A DNA stretch of 64,000 nucleotides, from NCBI GenBank assembly GCA_028030915.1, contig GCA_028030915.1_4867.1. The stretch is one strand, 5' to 3'. The position numbers and the translations under genes are program-made. The notes under the pieces were generated by a model. It was given only the letters and a program-made list of their open reading frames with translations. It was not told where the DNA came from and did no database searches. Position 1 is the first letter of the stretch. Every line of letters starts with the position of its first letter. Positions 30,227 to 39,191 of this stretch are shown piece after piece. This stretch comes from a phage.

Positions 30227-30808
30227 TTACGCAATGTAAATACCACGGTGGTTACGGAAACCGTGTTCTTCGGTAAGGTAACGCGCATAGGTGTGCTCAA
30301 CGGATGGAGTGTAGCAAACCAGATGCAATTCCTGACCTTCAGCTAGGCCCGGTAACATGACGTTTAGCCAATCCATCCCGCCGTTCTGCTGTAACGTATC
30401 TTGCGACAGCGTTAGTGGCTGAACAATATGCGCTGGGTTACTGTCGTCTTCGCTTTTCGTAAAACGAAGAATAGCCGGACGGGAACCATCTACTAGTACC
30501 GTGCGTGGTAAGTCAAAAGCAACCACCTTCGCTTTCTGTTCGTAGGATGATTTATAACGACGTAACAGCCCAATATCGGTATCTAGTACGGTAGCCATCA
30601 CGTTATACAACATCACTAGACGGGCGTCGTTATCGGTGGTGACGTGTTTTACGAACACCATCATCGGAATACCTTCGCGTTGGAATACCACGAAGTCTGC
30701 TTCTTTGTATTTCTCGCAACCTTCTACTACCCGTGGGGCTTTCACGCGATAGCGGCGGGTCAGTTCTTCGTAGTTCATTTCATGTTGTTCAATAATTGGT
30801 TGTGGCAT
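30227..30808 (-). CDS. hypothetical protein (193 aa)
   Basis: ORF in track. Confidence 0.45.
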   Translation of the reverse strand: MPQPIIEQHEMNYEELTRRYRVKAPRVVEGCEKYKEADFVVFQREGIPMMVFVKHVTTDNDARLVMLYNVMATVLDTDIGLLRRYKSSYEQKAKVVAFDLPRTVLVDGSRPAILRFTKSEDDSNPAHIVQPLTLSQDTLQQNGGMDWLNVMLPGLAEGQELHLVCYTPSVEHTYARYLTEEHGFRNHRGIYIA

Positions 30809-30868
30809 GGTTAAATACTCTTTACGGTTAAAAAATAAGAAGGGGGTACAAGACCCCCGATGACGAGA

Positions 30869-32101
30869 TTACAGTAAACGCAAATCTGCGACAAACAACA
30901 GTTGACGGCCGTACTTAGTCACTTCTTTCCAGCCATTGTTAACACCCCATTTGATGATAGCGTCGTAATGCCACTGTTTCAGTTCGCTGGTACCCCACGC
31001 ATCCCGTACCGCCTTCGCCGACATCAAATAAGCAGGTTCGGCAACGGAGCGCATTTCAGAATCTGGCAGGCGAGAAACAACGGAACTGTTCACACGCTGC
31101 AGCGTTCCTGACACCTGTATCCAGAACGCAGGCGATATTGTATTTGTCGGTCGACAGTCAAACACCCAGGCCGTGTCATTTTCACTGGCCGGGGTCTTAC
31201 GCTTATAGATGCTTAACAGTATTTCCGATTGGATAACTTCGCGGAAAACGTTAAGAAGGGTGACGACCTTCTCATTAACCACATCGCCTTTTTCGACCTT
31301 ATGGTAATCTTTAAGGTTTCCGGGCTCTGCTATCGGCATTACTGACCAAACATCGGCGTCTAACATCTCACCGAAATAATGGTTAGCGTTTTCATCAGAT
31401 GTCCAGAACATCGTATTGCCATCATTGGCTATGGTGACTAGATCACGCAGTGCTTCTTTGGTGTCTTCGTCAATTTCCACAGGTTTGGCTGCTTCACGCG
31501 GTGCGTTTTTCGTGTAGAATCTGCGCTTGCTTACCGCTCTATTCCATACGGTAGTAATTTGGTACGCAGTGAATTCGGGGAACTGCTGCACCAACACTTC
31601 CGCATCAACATCGAGTCGCTCTGAATTAAAGTTTTGTAATTTCTCATTAAACCCTGTATTCAGCTCTCCGCCAGTCCACCAGTTGCTATCGCTTAGTGCA
31701 GGCATGTCAGGTGTTAACTCGAACACCGGTTTACCGGTCAGCAGAGTAAGAATGTAGTGCACCCACATTGTGTTACCCTCAGCAATGGCGCGTCCGATGT
31801 TTTGATTACCCGATAGGTAAGCTACCCGCGAATCCCCTTCGAACGTCATGGTTAACTCAACCCACGGCGCTAAGTCAGAGACGTGGTGGCCTAAACGGCA
31901 CTTTACTTCCCCTTTGTCAAGCAGCCGCTTTTCGACAACGGTTGAGAGCTTTTGTGGCAGGTGCGCACAATCCTGCCACGTTACGTCGCTGTAAGCCATA
32001 CTCCGAATACTGAACTGCATTCCCAACAGTACAATTGAGTTAGTAATTACTGCATTAAAGAATGCTTCTTTCGGTGTCTGGTAAACTAATTCGTTATACA
32101 T
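30869..32101 (-). CDS. hypothetical protein (410 aa)
   Basis: Long ORF in track. Confidence 0.5.
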   Translation of the reverse strand: MYNELVYQTPKEAFFNAVITNSIVLLGMQFSIRSMAYSDVTWQDCAHLPQKLSTVVEKRLLDKGEVKCRLGHHVSDLAPWVELTMTFEGDSRVAYLSGNQNIGRAIAEGNTMWVHYILTLLTGKPVFELTPDMPALSDSNWWTGGELNTGFNEKLQNFNSERLDVDAEVLVQQFPEFTAYQITTVWNRAVSKRRFYTKNAPREAAKPVEIDEDTKEALRDLVTIANDGNTMFWTSDENANHYFGEMLDADVWSVMPIAEPGNLKDYHKVEKGDVVNEKVVTLLNVFREVIQSEILLSIYKRKTPASENDTAWVFDCRPTNTISPAFWIQVSGTLQRVNSSVVSRLPDSEMRSVAEPAYLMSAKAVRDAWGTSELKQWHYDAIIKWGVNNGWKEVTKYGRQLLFVADLRLL

Positions 32102-32221
32102 TTGGTATTTCCTTTAAAGTACACTAAAGTGACCAAAAACTGTTACTAAAGAACAGTTGGTGTTTAAGCGACTGTGGGTTTATACACAATGCTCACTAAG
32201 ATGACATCTATCTGTAAAAAC

Positions 32222-32539
32222 TTAGTATACGACCAGCACGACGCAGTCATCGATAGCCAGATTCAGTAATGCGTAGTCGTTACTTAACCGCTGGTAACGC
32301 ATCCCTTTTTCAAACTGACTTAATTGTTCAGTCGGCATGGCGTATACCGCGCTTTGCACTACTCCCGTAAACAGTTCGTCGTAGAACTGGTCTACTTCCC
32401 CGACTTTGTAAAAGCGCATTCTTTGATTGTTAGCAAAGACGCTGTCTAGCTTCCCGTTACTGGCTTTCTGTAACGCAGTAAAGGCACTGTCTGCATCATT
32501 ACGCTCTAATGCACTTTTAATGGTTTGAAATAAAGACAT
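32222..32539 (-). CDS. hypothetical protein (105 aa)
   Basis: ORF in track. Confidence 0.4.
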   Translation of the reverse strand: MSLFQTIKSALERNDADSAFTALQKASNGKLDSVFANNQRMRFYKVGEVDQFYDELFTGVVQSAVYAMPTEQLSQFEKGMRYQRLSNDYALLNLAIDDCVVLVVY

Positions 32540-32725
32540 GGTACTGCACTCCTCGTTAGGTTAGAAGTCAAGGTCAACTACAAAAACAAAAAGGATGTCG
32601 GTATCCTACGGATACCTCCGTTTATGTTCGCATCCAATACATAAACCCCCTTACCCCCGTACACTCCTCGATTGTCAAACGATGAGATCGAAACGTAAAA
32701 AAGTGTAGTATGAGAGGAGGGTGGT

Positions 32726-33658
32726 ATGAATAAATCTAAGTCAGGGTTGCACATCTTCTCGATAGGTATCGTCGCGGAAGATAAACCTCGTGGTGCCACT
32801 CGAGTTAAAGTCATCCCTATCGAAGTTAACTTTATTAATCCTACAGCTGTCGATGCAACAGAGACACCTGTAGAGAAGCAACACAACAGTTTAAGTGGTA
32901 CTGACAACCTTACTGTAAAGCAAGGTAATGCCATCACTGCAAAATGGATGAAGTCCAACAGCAACCGGGTTAACCCTCCGGATGTGAAAAAAGAAGACTA
33001 CGTAAGAATCTGGCGTATCGGTGAAACCGATATGTACTTCTGGGAAGATTTAAACAACAGTAACGTTAAGCGACTGGAAGATGGGGTATACGCCTGGTCT
33101 GCTGACCCAGTAAACCAGATGGCCGATGACCTCTCTAACGCCTACGTACTGAATATCTCCCCGATGGATGGTCACGTTACTTTACGCACCAGTATGACTA
33201 ACGGCGAGAAAAATGCGTATCTATTTCAATTGAACACGCGCGATGGGTTTTTCCAGTTAGTAGATGACGAAGGGCGTAAGTTCTACCTTAACTCCCCAGA
33301 GGATGACTTAGGGTTTGAAAACGCCTGCCGATCGAAGGTTAATATCAATAAAGAGGACGCTTTCATTTATGCTAAACGTTCTATTAATCTCGAGACAAAA
33401 ACGATTAACGAGAAGTGCGAAACTCGCAACTCTACAGCGTCGAAAAACATGGCATGGACGACTGAAGACTGGAAGACCACATGCCCAACGAATCTATTTA
33501 CCGGTAACCTGGAAGTAGGTAAGGATTTCCTCTATAATGGCAAGGGTGAAGGTAAGGGTACATTCACAGTTACCGAATCGGTTATCGGTGGCATCACCTT
33601 TAGTCTTCACTTGCATACTGGCCATGGTCCGGGCAACGACACCAGTACACCGCACTAA
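32726..33658 (+). CDS. hypothetical protein (310 aa)
   Basis: Plus-strand ORF with GAGAGGAGGG RBS. Confidence 0.5.
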   Translation: MNKSKSGLHIFSIGIVAEDKPRGATRVKVIPIEVNFINPTAVDATETPVEKQHNSLSGTDNLTVKQGNAITAKWMKSNSNRVNPPDVKKEDYVRIWRIGETDMYFWEDLNNSNVKRLEDGVYAWSADPVNQMADDLSNAYVLNISPMDGHVTLRTSMTNGEKNAYLFQLNTRDGFFQLVDDEGRKFYLNSPEDDLGFENACRSKVNINKEDAFIYAKRSINLETKTINEKCETRNSTASKNMAWTTEDWKTTCPTNLFTGNLEVGKDFLYNGKGEGKGTFTVTESVIGGITFSLHLHTGHGPGNDTSTPH

Positions 33659-33865
33659 GTTATTTACGTGTGTGGGGTATAATGTGACAATAAACCCCTA
33701 ACTGTAACGATAACCCGAATCGCTTGTGCACAGTTAGCCACTTTTTTCGCACAAAAGCCGGTTTATTGTCAACTAATTTACGAGTCGGGGCAGTTAATAT
33801 GCCTCGAAGTACAAGTAGTTGAACATAGGGTTCTTCTGCTATCATTTGTTAATGGAGATAAGTAA

Positions 33866-34075
33866 ATGAGCATTCGTGAAATCACCGCAGGCAGCGACGT
33901 TTCTGGTCTGGTAGAAGCAGGCACCGTTCAGGTTTCTGGACTGAGCACCGTTACCGAAGTTACCGAAGCGCTGGCTAAGAAAGCCGAAGCTGAAGGCGGC
34001 GTAGCATTTAAAGTTACCGCTTGCGGCGGCAACAACAAAATGTTCGGCAACGCCATCTATTACGTAAACGCGTAA
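33866..34075 (+). CDS. small BhsA/YdgH-like (DUF1471-like) protein, no signal peptide (69 aa)
   Basis: VQVSGLSTVTEVTEALAKKAEAEGGVAFKVTACGGNNKMFGNAIYY resembles the DUF1471 pattern (S-G-ST-L-D...AKKA...GA-Y-I......GNN...G-A-IYK); GGAGA RBS; strong terminator follows. Confidence 0.5.
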   Translation: MSIREITAGSDVSGLVEAGTVQVSGLSTVTEVTEALAKKAEAEGGVAFKVTACGGNNKMFGNAIYYVNA

Positions 34076-34100
34076 TCGGCCTGCGGGCAAAAAAGATATA

Positions 34101-34146
34101 GGTACCCTACTCCCGTTGGGAGTAGGGTTTACCTTTTATTTTTTTC
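34101..34146. terminator. bidirectional intrinsic terminator (CCCTACTCCC-GTT-GGGAGTAGGG, then T-run)
   Basis: Inverted repeat between convergent genes 33866..34075 (+) and 34136..35398 (-). Confidence 0.6.
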
Positions 34147-35398
34147 GTGCTTTGTAGCGATGCATTTCAACAAATGGCTTACCCCAAGCCCCGAAAGGCC
34201 CGACGATTGCCTGCACGTCGTTTACCAAATTCTGGTTATACCAACGCGCGTTCCCCAACAAAAAGTTTTCCCGGTCGAAGAATGTGGTATTAAAGACCCA
34301 CTCCCCTTCTTCCCAGGTCGGCCAGTACCCTACACATTTACCAACACGGTTAAAGATAGGACCTAGCGTCTTCTTCCCATCTGGGTCAGTCGGGTCTTTT
34401 AAATAGAACCGGCCCCAGATAGCGTTGTGGCTTATTCCGTGAATCTCTTTTTCGAGATACGGGTTGTCTATCGTAAAGATAAACGAGGATTCGTGCGTCA
34501 GCAACGCTTTTAACGTTTCTGAGTTACGAATACGTTGAACGGACGTAGGCGTACTTAAATCACCTACACCGATGGCGTCCCAATCGTAATAGCGACGGGT
34601 TTCCAATACAATCTTCGCCACGCTAAGGTTTGGCAGACTCAGCATAATCGCACGGTCGCTGAAATAGCCCTGCGGCGGCAACCAATGCAGAATACCTCCG
34701 ATGACGAACCCAACGGTTTTCCCTGTAATGGAATCGGGTAAGGTCAACATTAACGAAGAATAGTAATCTCGCGTAGTATCGAGTTTGTTCATCGTTAAAC
34801 CGGATATGGGGTAGGTCTTTACTTTACCGATATTTGCCATCACCAGACAGCCAATGTCTGGCGTATTGGCACGCCGCACGATATTACCAGCGCCGGTTAA
34901 GCGAACGCCCACTGGGTCAGATTGGTGAGGTACCCACTGGCCGTTGATGTTGTACAGCACCCCAGTACGGTATTTCTCTTTCCACTCATCGTCGCAGACT
35001 ACAACAACGTCGTGTGCATCATCAGGATTGAAGTCCTGAGTGTAGTGGTACCCAGGAGGGCACAGGTGCGTTTCCACGGGCACATCTGCATTAATAGACT
35101 GGTAATGTGCCTCAACGAATTCGAGCTTCGGTAGGCCCTTCCCAAGCGTTGGAATCGCGATTCCTGACTTGGTGTTTAACCAATCTTGCAACGTGTCCGT
35201 ACGGTTTTGTAAATCAGCCAGGTGATACTGGCTATAGAAGGTATATTCAGCACCTAGTGCTTCTAGTCCTACTTCGAAAAAGTGGTAGTTAGCACAAAGG
35301 GTATTTAAGGGCTGCGTGACATCGATGGTTCCCCAAGTTCGGGTGTCTCGAGAGAAGCCAAAAGCGCTGTCGGCCCGCACTTGATAAGCAGTAGTCAC
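34136..35398 (-). CDS. hypothetical protein (420 aa), possibly structural
   Basis: Long ORF adjacent to, and divergent from, the fiber gene block. Confidence 0.5.
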   Translation of the reverse strand: MTTAYQVRADSAFGFSRDTRTWGTIDVTQPLNTLCANYHFFEVGLEALGAEYTFYSQYHLADLQNRTDTLQDWLNTKSGIAIPTLGKGLPKLEFVEAHYQSINADVPVETHLCPPGYHYTQDFNPDDAHDVVVVCDDEWKEKYRTGVLYNINGQWVPHQSDPVGVRLTGAGNIVRRANTPDIGCLVMANIGKVKTYPISGLTMNKLDTTRDYYSSLMLTLPDSITGKTVGFVIGGILHWLPPQGYFSDRAIMLSLPNLSVAKIVLETRRYYDWDAIGVGDLSTPTSVQRIRNSETLKALLTHESSFIFTIDNPYLEKEIHGISHNAIWGRFYLKDPTDPDGKKTLGPIFNRVGKCVGYWPTWEEGEWVFNTTFFDRENFLLGNARWYNQNLVNDVQAIVGPFGAWGKPFVEMHRYKARKK

Positions 35399-35465
35399 TG
35401 GCTGTTTCCTCTAAGGATTCGGGTCATAGTATGAACTCGACGCCCTCAGAGAAAAGGAGTGTAAA

Positions 35466-38400
35466 ATGGCTGTCGTCCCTGACCCGCACTATCAAGAACC
35501 GGGGAATATGCAGACCGGTGAAGCGGTAACGCCGATCGGTACTAAGTACCGGATGCTGTTCCCCGCACACGCCCCCTTTTATACCACATCCCTGGTGGTC
35601 AAGAGTGGCGGCAAGAAATTAACATTAGGTGATGATTACGTCATCACCCATGCGTACGTTACGGGCATGGCACGCACTGGCCATGTTTGTCATGGTGGTG
35701 TGTGGATTACCAACCCGAAATATCAGAGTGGCTTTACACTCGATTACCACGCAATTGGCATCGGTGAAGCCACCGCAGAAATGATCGCCGCAGAACGAGA
35801 AGCGAATAAAGATCGCTATCCCGTAGACTGCCAATGGGATAACGTTATTGGGGATTTATATTTCCCACCGGTCGATATTAAGTTCGATTGGGAAAACTGG
35901 CGTGGCGAATCCGAGTTGATGGAAGCCATTGTTGCGGTTGGTGCTAAGCTCGGTGAAGCGATCAGTCGTGTTGACCCGATTGCTCGTAACACGTTAGACC
36001 TTCAATATCGCGCCGGCGTCACGCTTATCACATCCGAGCAGTATGCGACGTACGACGGTACTGGCGGCTACACCTATAACGCGTCACGTCGTCGTTATTC
36101 GTTATCTTACCAGAACACGACATTCGATGCGTATTCGTTAGCGGCAAAATACCGTTTACCGAGCATTCCACCGGAAACAACGTTGAACCCAGGCGAGTTG
36201 ATCGATTGGATGCTCTGTTACGCAAACGGTGGGACAAGTATCCTGCGTCTTCAGTTGAAGCAACGCGCGATTTATCTTACCTTAACGACGGCGATTGGTT
36301 CTGGTTCGTCTAATTACAGCTATACGTTGACGACTGGCCTGACCGATACCGAGTTGGCGGGTGATATTGAGCTTAGCGTGGTCAGACGCGAAGGTAACGG
36401 CGTTTACGACATTACCGTTAAAACAAGCAAGCAAACCGTTAACTACAGCTTTAACGTTGACAACCCACCGAGCGAATTTGCACCAGGGTATCAGAAAACT
36501 GATGTCGCAAAATGGTTGAAGTTTAAATCGGGCGTCAACCTAAACTGGTGGGCAGGTGAGAACGATTACGTCCAGATTCGTTCATTACCAGGCGCACCGG
36601 CACCTGACGTTAACAACGACGTGTACCAGCTGCTGGTAAAATATCACCAGATTGTCGATAAGCTGTACCGTGATGCACCAGCACATACGCACGTGCCGCG
36701 CAAGGATAACCCACATCGCGATTCGTGGGGCGCAATCCGTGCTTTGGAGAATAACGGTATTGCTTCGGACGCGACACTGGTATACGGAAAAACGCAACCG
36801 CAGCTGACAGATTACGTTAACAATCTGTTGCCGAAACTGTCAACGCTGGCGAATAAGCTTTTACGTTTACCGGCGGCTGCACAGTCTATCAACGGCACTT
36901 TCGGTATGAAGCCTGGCCTGACTTCGATAACGTCAGCAGTGGGTACCGATGAGTCTGAAGGCGTGGGTGCACAATTCACGGTTGACCCGAGGGTTATCCG
37001 TTTTATTGGCCGCGATTCGCAAACCGTTAACGCCGGGAATAACCCGATTACATGGCAAGGTGGGGCTAACCAACTCATCCTTTATCCGGATTCCCGTGGA
37101 TTGGAGTTCAACGGTAAGAAACTATTGGACCCTACTACGGTCGGACCGTACCTGCCGGGTAACGAGTCAGGTGGTGATGGACTGTTTTACGGAACATCCA
37201 CAGCTACTGTAACCATTAACGGCAACGGTATTCAGTCTGTTCCGTTCATTTGTACTTTTGTTCCACCGGAGTCCGACGACCTTGGCCTGATGGCTGTCCG
37301 TTTGTTGGCTACTGAATTCGGTGATCGTGAGGACTTGGCCGCAACGCCGGCACTCATCAAGAAATTGGATCAGCAGTTTACGGGCAAGTTGGTTGCCGTT
37401 AAATCGTACATCAACGACATGCCACTGACGAGTTCTATTTACATCGATAAAACTAACTTCGGCTTATCGAACGTACAGAACATCCCAGATGTGCAATTGC
37501 CGATTTCCCCGCTCCAACGAGCTGAGCTGGACAAGTATGCAGTCGTCGGTCACACACACACTCCTGCTGCGCTCGGGATTAAGCGTGCAACAACGACGGA
37601 GTTCGGTTTAGTACAGTTCGGCACCGCGGTTGACGATGCCACGCTGGCATTAGACGGCGGTGAGGTCATCCGACAGGCGGACGCTATCACAGAGATAGAG
37701 AAGGTTGCGAAGACAGTCGACTCTGGTGCTTCAATCAACATTATTCGTTACGGTTTACCCGGCACGGATATCATTGAGAACGGCATCACTTACACCGACT
37801 GGATGGTTACTATTAAAGCGAACGATTATTTCGTTGGTCGCGAGTACAAAGTACCTCTCTCCACATTTAACTTGGCGGAGCTATTCCCAGCGACGCACGA
37901 AGATGCTGAGTTTGGCGTGTATGTTGACGCGGCGGGCGATGACGGCAAGTACATTATCTACGAAAATCCAAACACGGCAGAAACTGAGACGATGACCAAA
38001 ATAGGTTCCATCATCACCAGTGAAACCGGTGTGGTTTTTGTAGAAATCCGCAACGTGACGCGTTTAGGTGAGTTCCGTGAATTAGGCGAGCACATCGAGG
38101 ATGATAACGCCCATATTCGTCGGGGCATGACGCAAGCTGAATTCGGATTTACTTACGGTACGGGCGGGCCTGTGTGGTCCACGGGTGCACCGGGTACAAA
38201 ACGTATAGATGCCGATTGGCGTTACGCGCAGGCTAGCAGCTATACGCCTATGTTGAAAGCGGACTACGATCCGGCTGCTGATAAATGGACGTTTAAAACA
38301 ACCAGTTTATCTGTAACCGATTATCGTTTTGTCCACAACACATTCCCGATGTTCCAGAATAACGGCATTACCGCGACGTGGACACCTTTAACCGCAACAG

Positions 38401-39179
38401 CGGACAGTGTGCTAGAAACGGTAATTGGCTGTTGCCATCACTCGGCCACGTTCATGCACCGTATTTCTGTACTCGTCGCACGCACCGCAGGGCGTATTAC
38501 CACTCCAGGCGGCGTGAGCACGTATGCGGGAATCGCGGTTAACTACGGACGTGCTGCACAGGTTGTTATTGGCTTGAACGGCGTTACTGGTTCCGGCCAT
38601 GACTGGACGGCACTTAATCCATCGGTGCGTTTCAGCCACGCGCGAACAGCGGACGGTATTTCGTTCGTGGGAACGATTAACATCGATTCCAAAACGATTA
38701 ACTTTGAGCTGACGCTAACCGCGACAACAAAGACGCTGAAATACACCTTGCAGTCGACCGGCGAGTCGTGGACTGAGGATTTGTCTACCCGTCTCCGTCC
38801 TGACTATATCGACTTGACGAAACTGATTACCGATCCGAGTACGCCGATTTATCACGGCGTGGGTGGTTTGTTTAGTTCCGACACAGAAGCGCGTTTGACT
38901 TACGCTAACCTGAACACGATGCCGACAAAGAATCGTTATTACGCCACGTTCCTTGACTATGCGATTAACTATTCCGGCTTAAACCGCGCAAGATTCTTTA
39001 CTGGCGTGGTGGATGCAGGTTCAACGATTAATGAGATGAACAGCGCGATGTGCAACTATTCATACAGTTCGTTCCGACCAGTGGATACAGGTAAAATTCC
39101 ACCGGCGGCGCACCCATCCAAGATGATGACGTTCAATCCGAAAAACACGTCAGGTCGAACACTTATTATTCGTGATTAA
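35466..39179 (+). CDS. tail fiber protein (1237 aa)
   Basis: AAAGGAG RBS; fiber-type His motifs (APAHTHVPRKDNPHRD; VVGHTHTPAALGIKRATTTEFGLVQFG); N-terminal domain shared with the next three proteins. Confidence 0.7.
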   Translation: MAVVPDPHYQEPGNMQTGEAVTPIGTKYRMLFPAHAPFYTTSLVVKSGGKKLTLGDDYVITHAYVTGMARTGHVCHGGVWITNPKYQSGFTLDYHAIGIGEATAEMIAAEREANKDRYPVDCQWDNVIGDLYFPPVDIKFDWENWRGESELMEAIVAVGAKLGEAISRVDPIARNTLDLQYRAGVTLITSEQYATYDGTGGYTYNASRRRYSLSYQNTTFDAYSLAAKYRLPSIPPETTLNPGELIDWMLCYANGGTSILRLQLKQRAIYLTLTTAIGSGSSNYSYTLTTGLTDTELAGDIELSVVRREGNGVYDITVKTSKQTVNYSFNVDNPPSEFAPGYQKTDVAKWLKFKSGVNLNWWAGENDYVQIRSLPGAPAPDVNNDVYQLLVKYHQIVDKLYRDAPAHTHVPRKDNPHRDSWGAIRALENNGIASDATLVYGKTQPQLTDYVNNLLPKLSTLANKLLRLPAAAQSINGTFGMKPGLTSITSAVGTDESEGVGAQFTVDPRVIRFIGRDSQTVNAGNNPITWQGGANQLILYPDSRGLEFNGKKLLDPTTVGPYLPGNESGGDGLFYGTSTATVTINGNGIQSVPFICTFVPPESDDLGLMAVRLLATEFGDREDLAATPALIKKLDQQFTGKLVAVKSYINDMPLTSSIYIDKTNFGLSNVQNIPDVQLPISPLQRAELDKYAVVGHTHTPAALGIKRATTTEFGLVQFGTAVDDATLALDGGEVIRQADAITEIEKVAKTVDSGASINIIRYGLPGTDIIENGITYTDWMVTIKANDYFVGREYKVPLSTFNLAELFPATHEDAEFGVYVDAAGDDGKYIIYENPNTAETETMTKIGSIITSETGVVFVEIRNVTRLGEFRELGEHIEDDNAHIRRGMTQAEFGFTYGTGGPVWSTGAPGTKRIDADWRYAQASSYTPMLKADYDPAADKWTFKTTSLSVTDYRFVHNTFPMFQNNGITATWTPLTATADSVLETVIGCCHHSATFMHRISVLVARTAGRITTPGGVSTYAGIAVNYGRAAQVVIGLNGVTGSGHDWTALNPSVRFSHARTADGISFVGTINIDSKTINFELTLTATTKTLKYTLQSTGESWTEDLSTRLRPDYIDLTKLITDPSTPIYHGVGGLFSSDTEARLTYANLNTMPTKNRYYATFLDYAINYSGLNRARFFTGVVDAGSTINEMNSAMCNYSYSSFRPVDTGKIPPAAHPSKMMTFNPKNTSGRTLIIRD

Positions 39180-39191
39180 GGAGATTTTTGA

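Noticed and set aside
33659-33865. Strong promoter call for the BhsA-like gene
   Set aside because: A perfect TATAAT is present at 33678-33683, but the -35 is poor and the leader would be about 180 nt; reported only as something to test, not as a feature.
36028-38746. Multiple 60-90-aa ORFs on the opposite strand or in other frames inside the fiber genes (e.g. 36028..36237, 36585..36797, 38412..38639)
   Set aside because: Embedded in long, well-supported coding regions, without start context; typical antisense noise.
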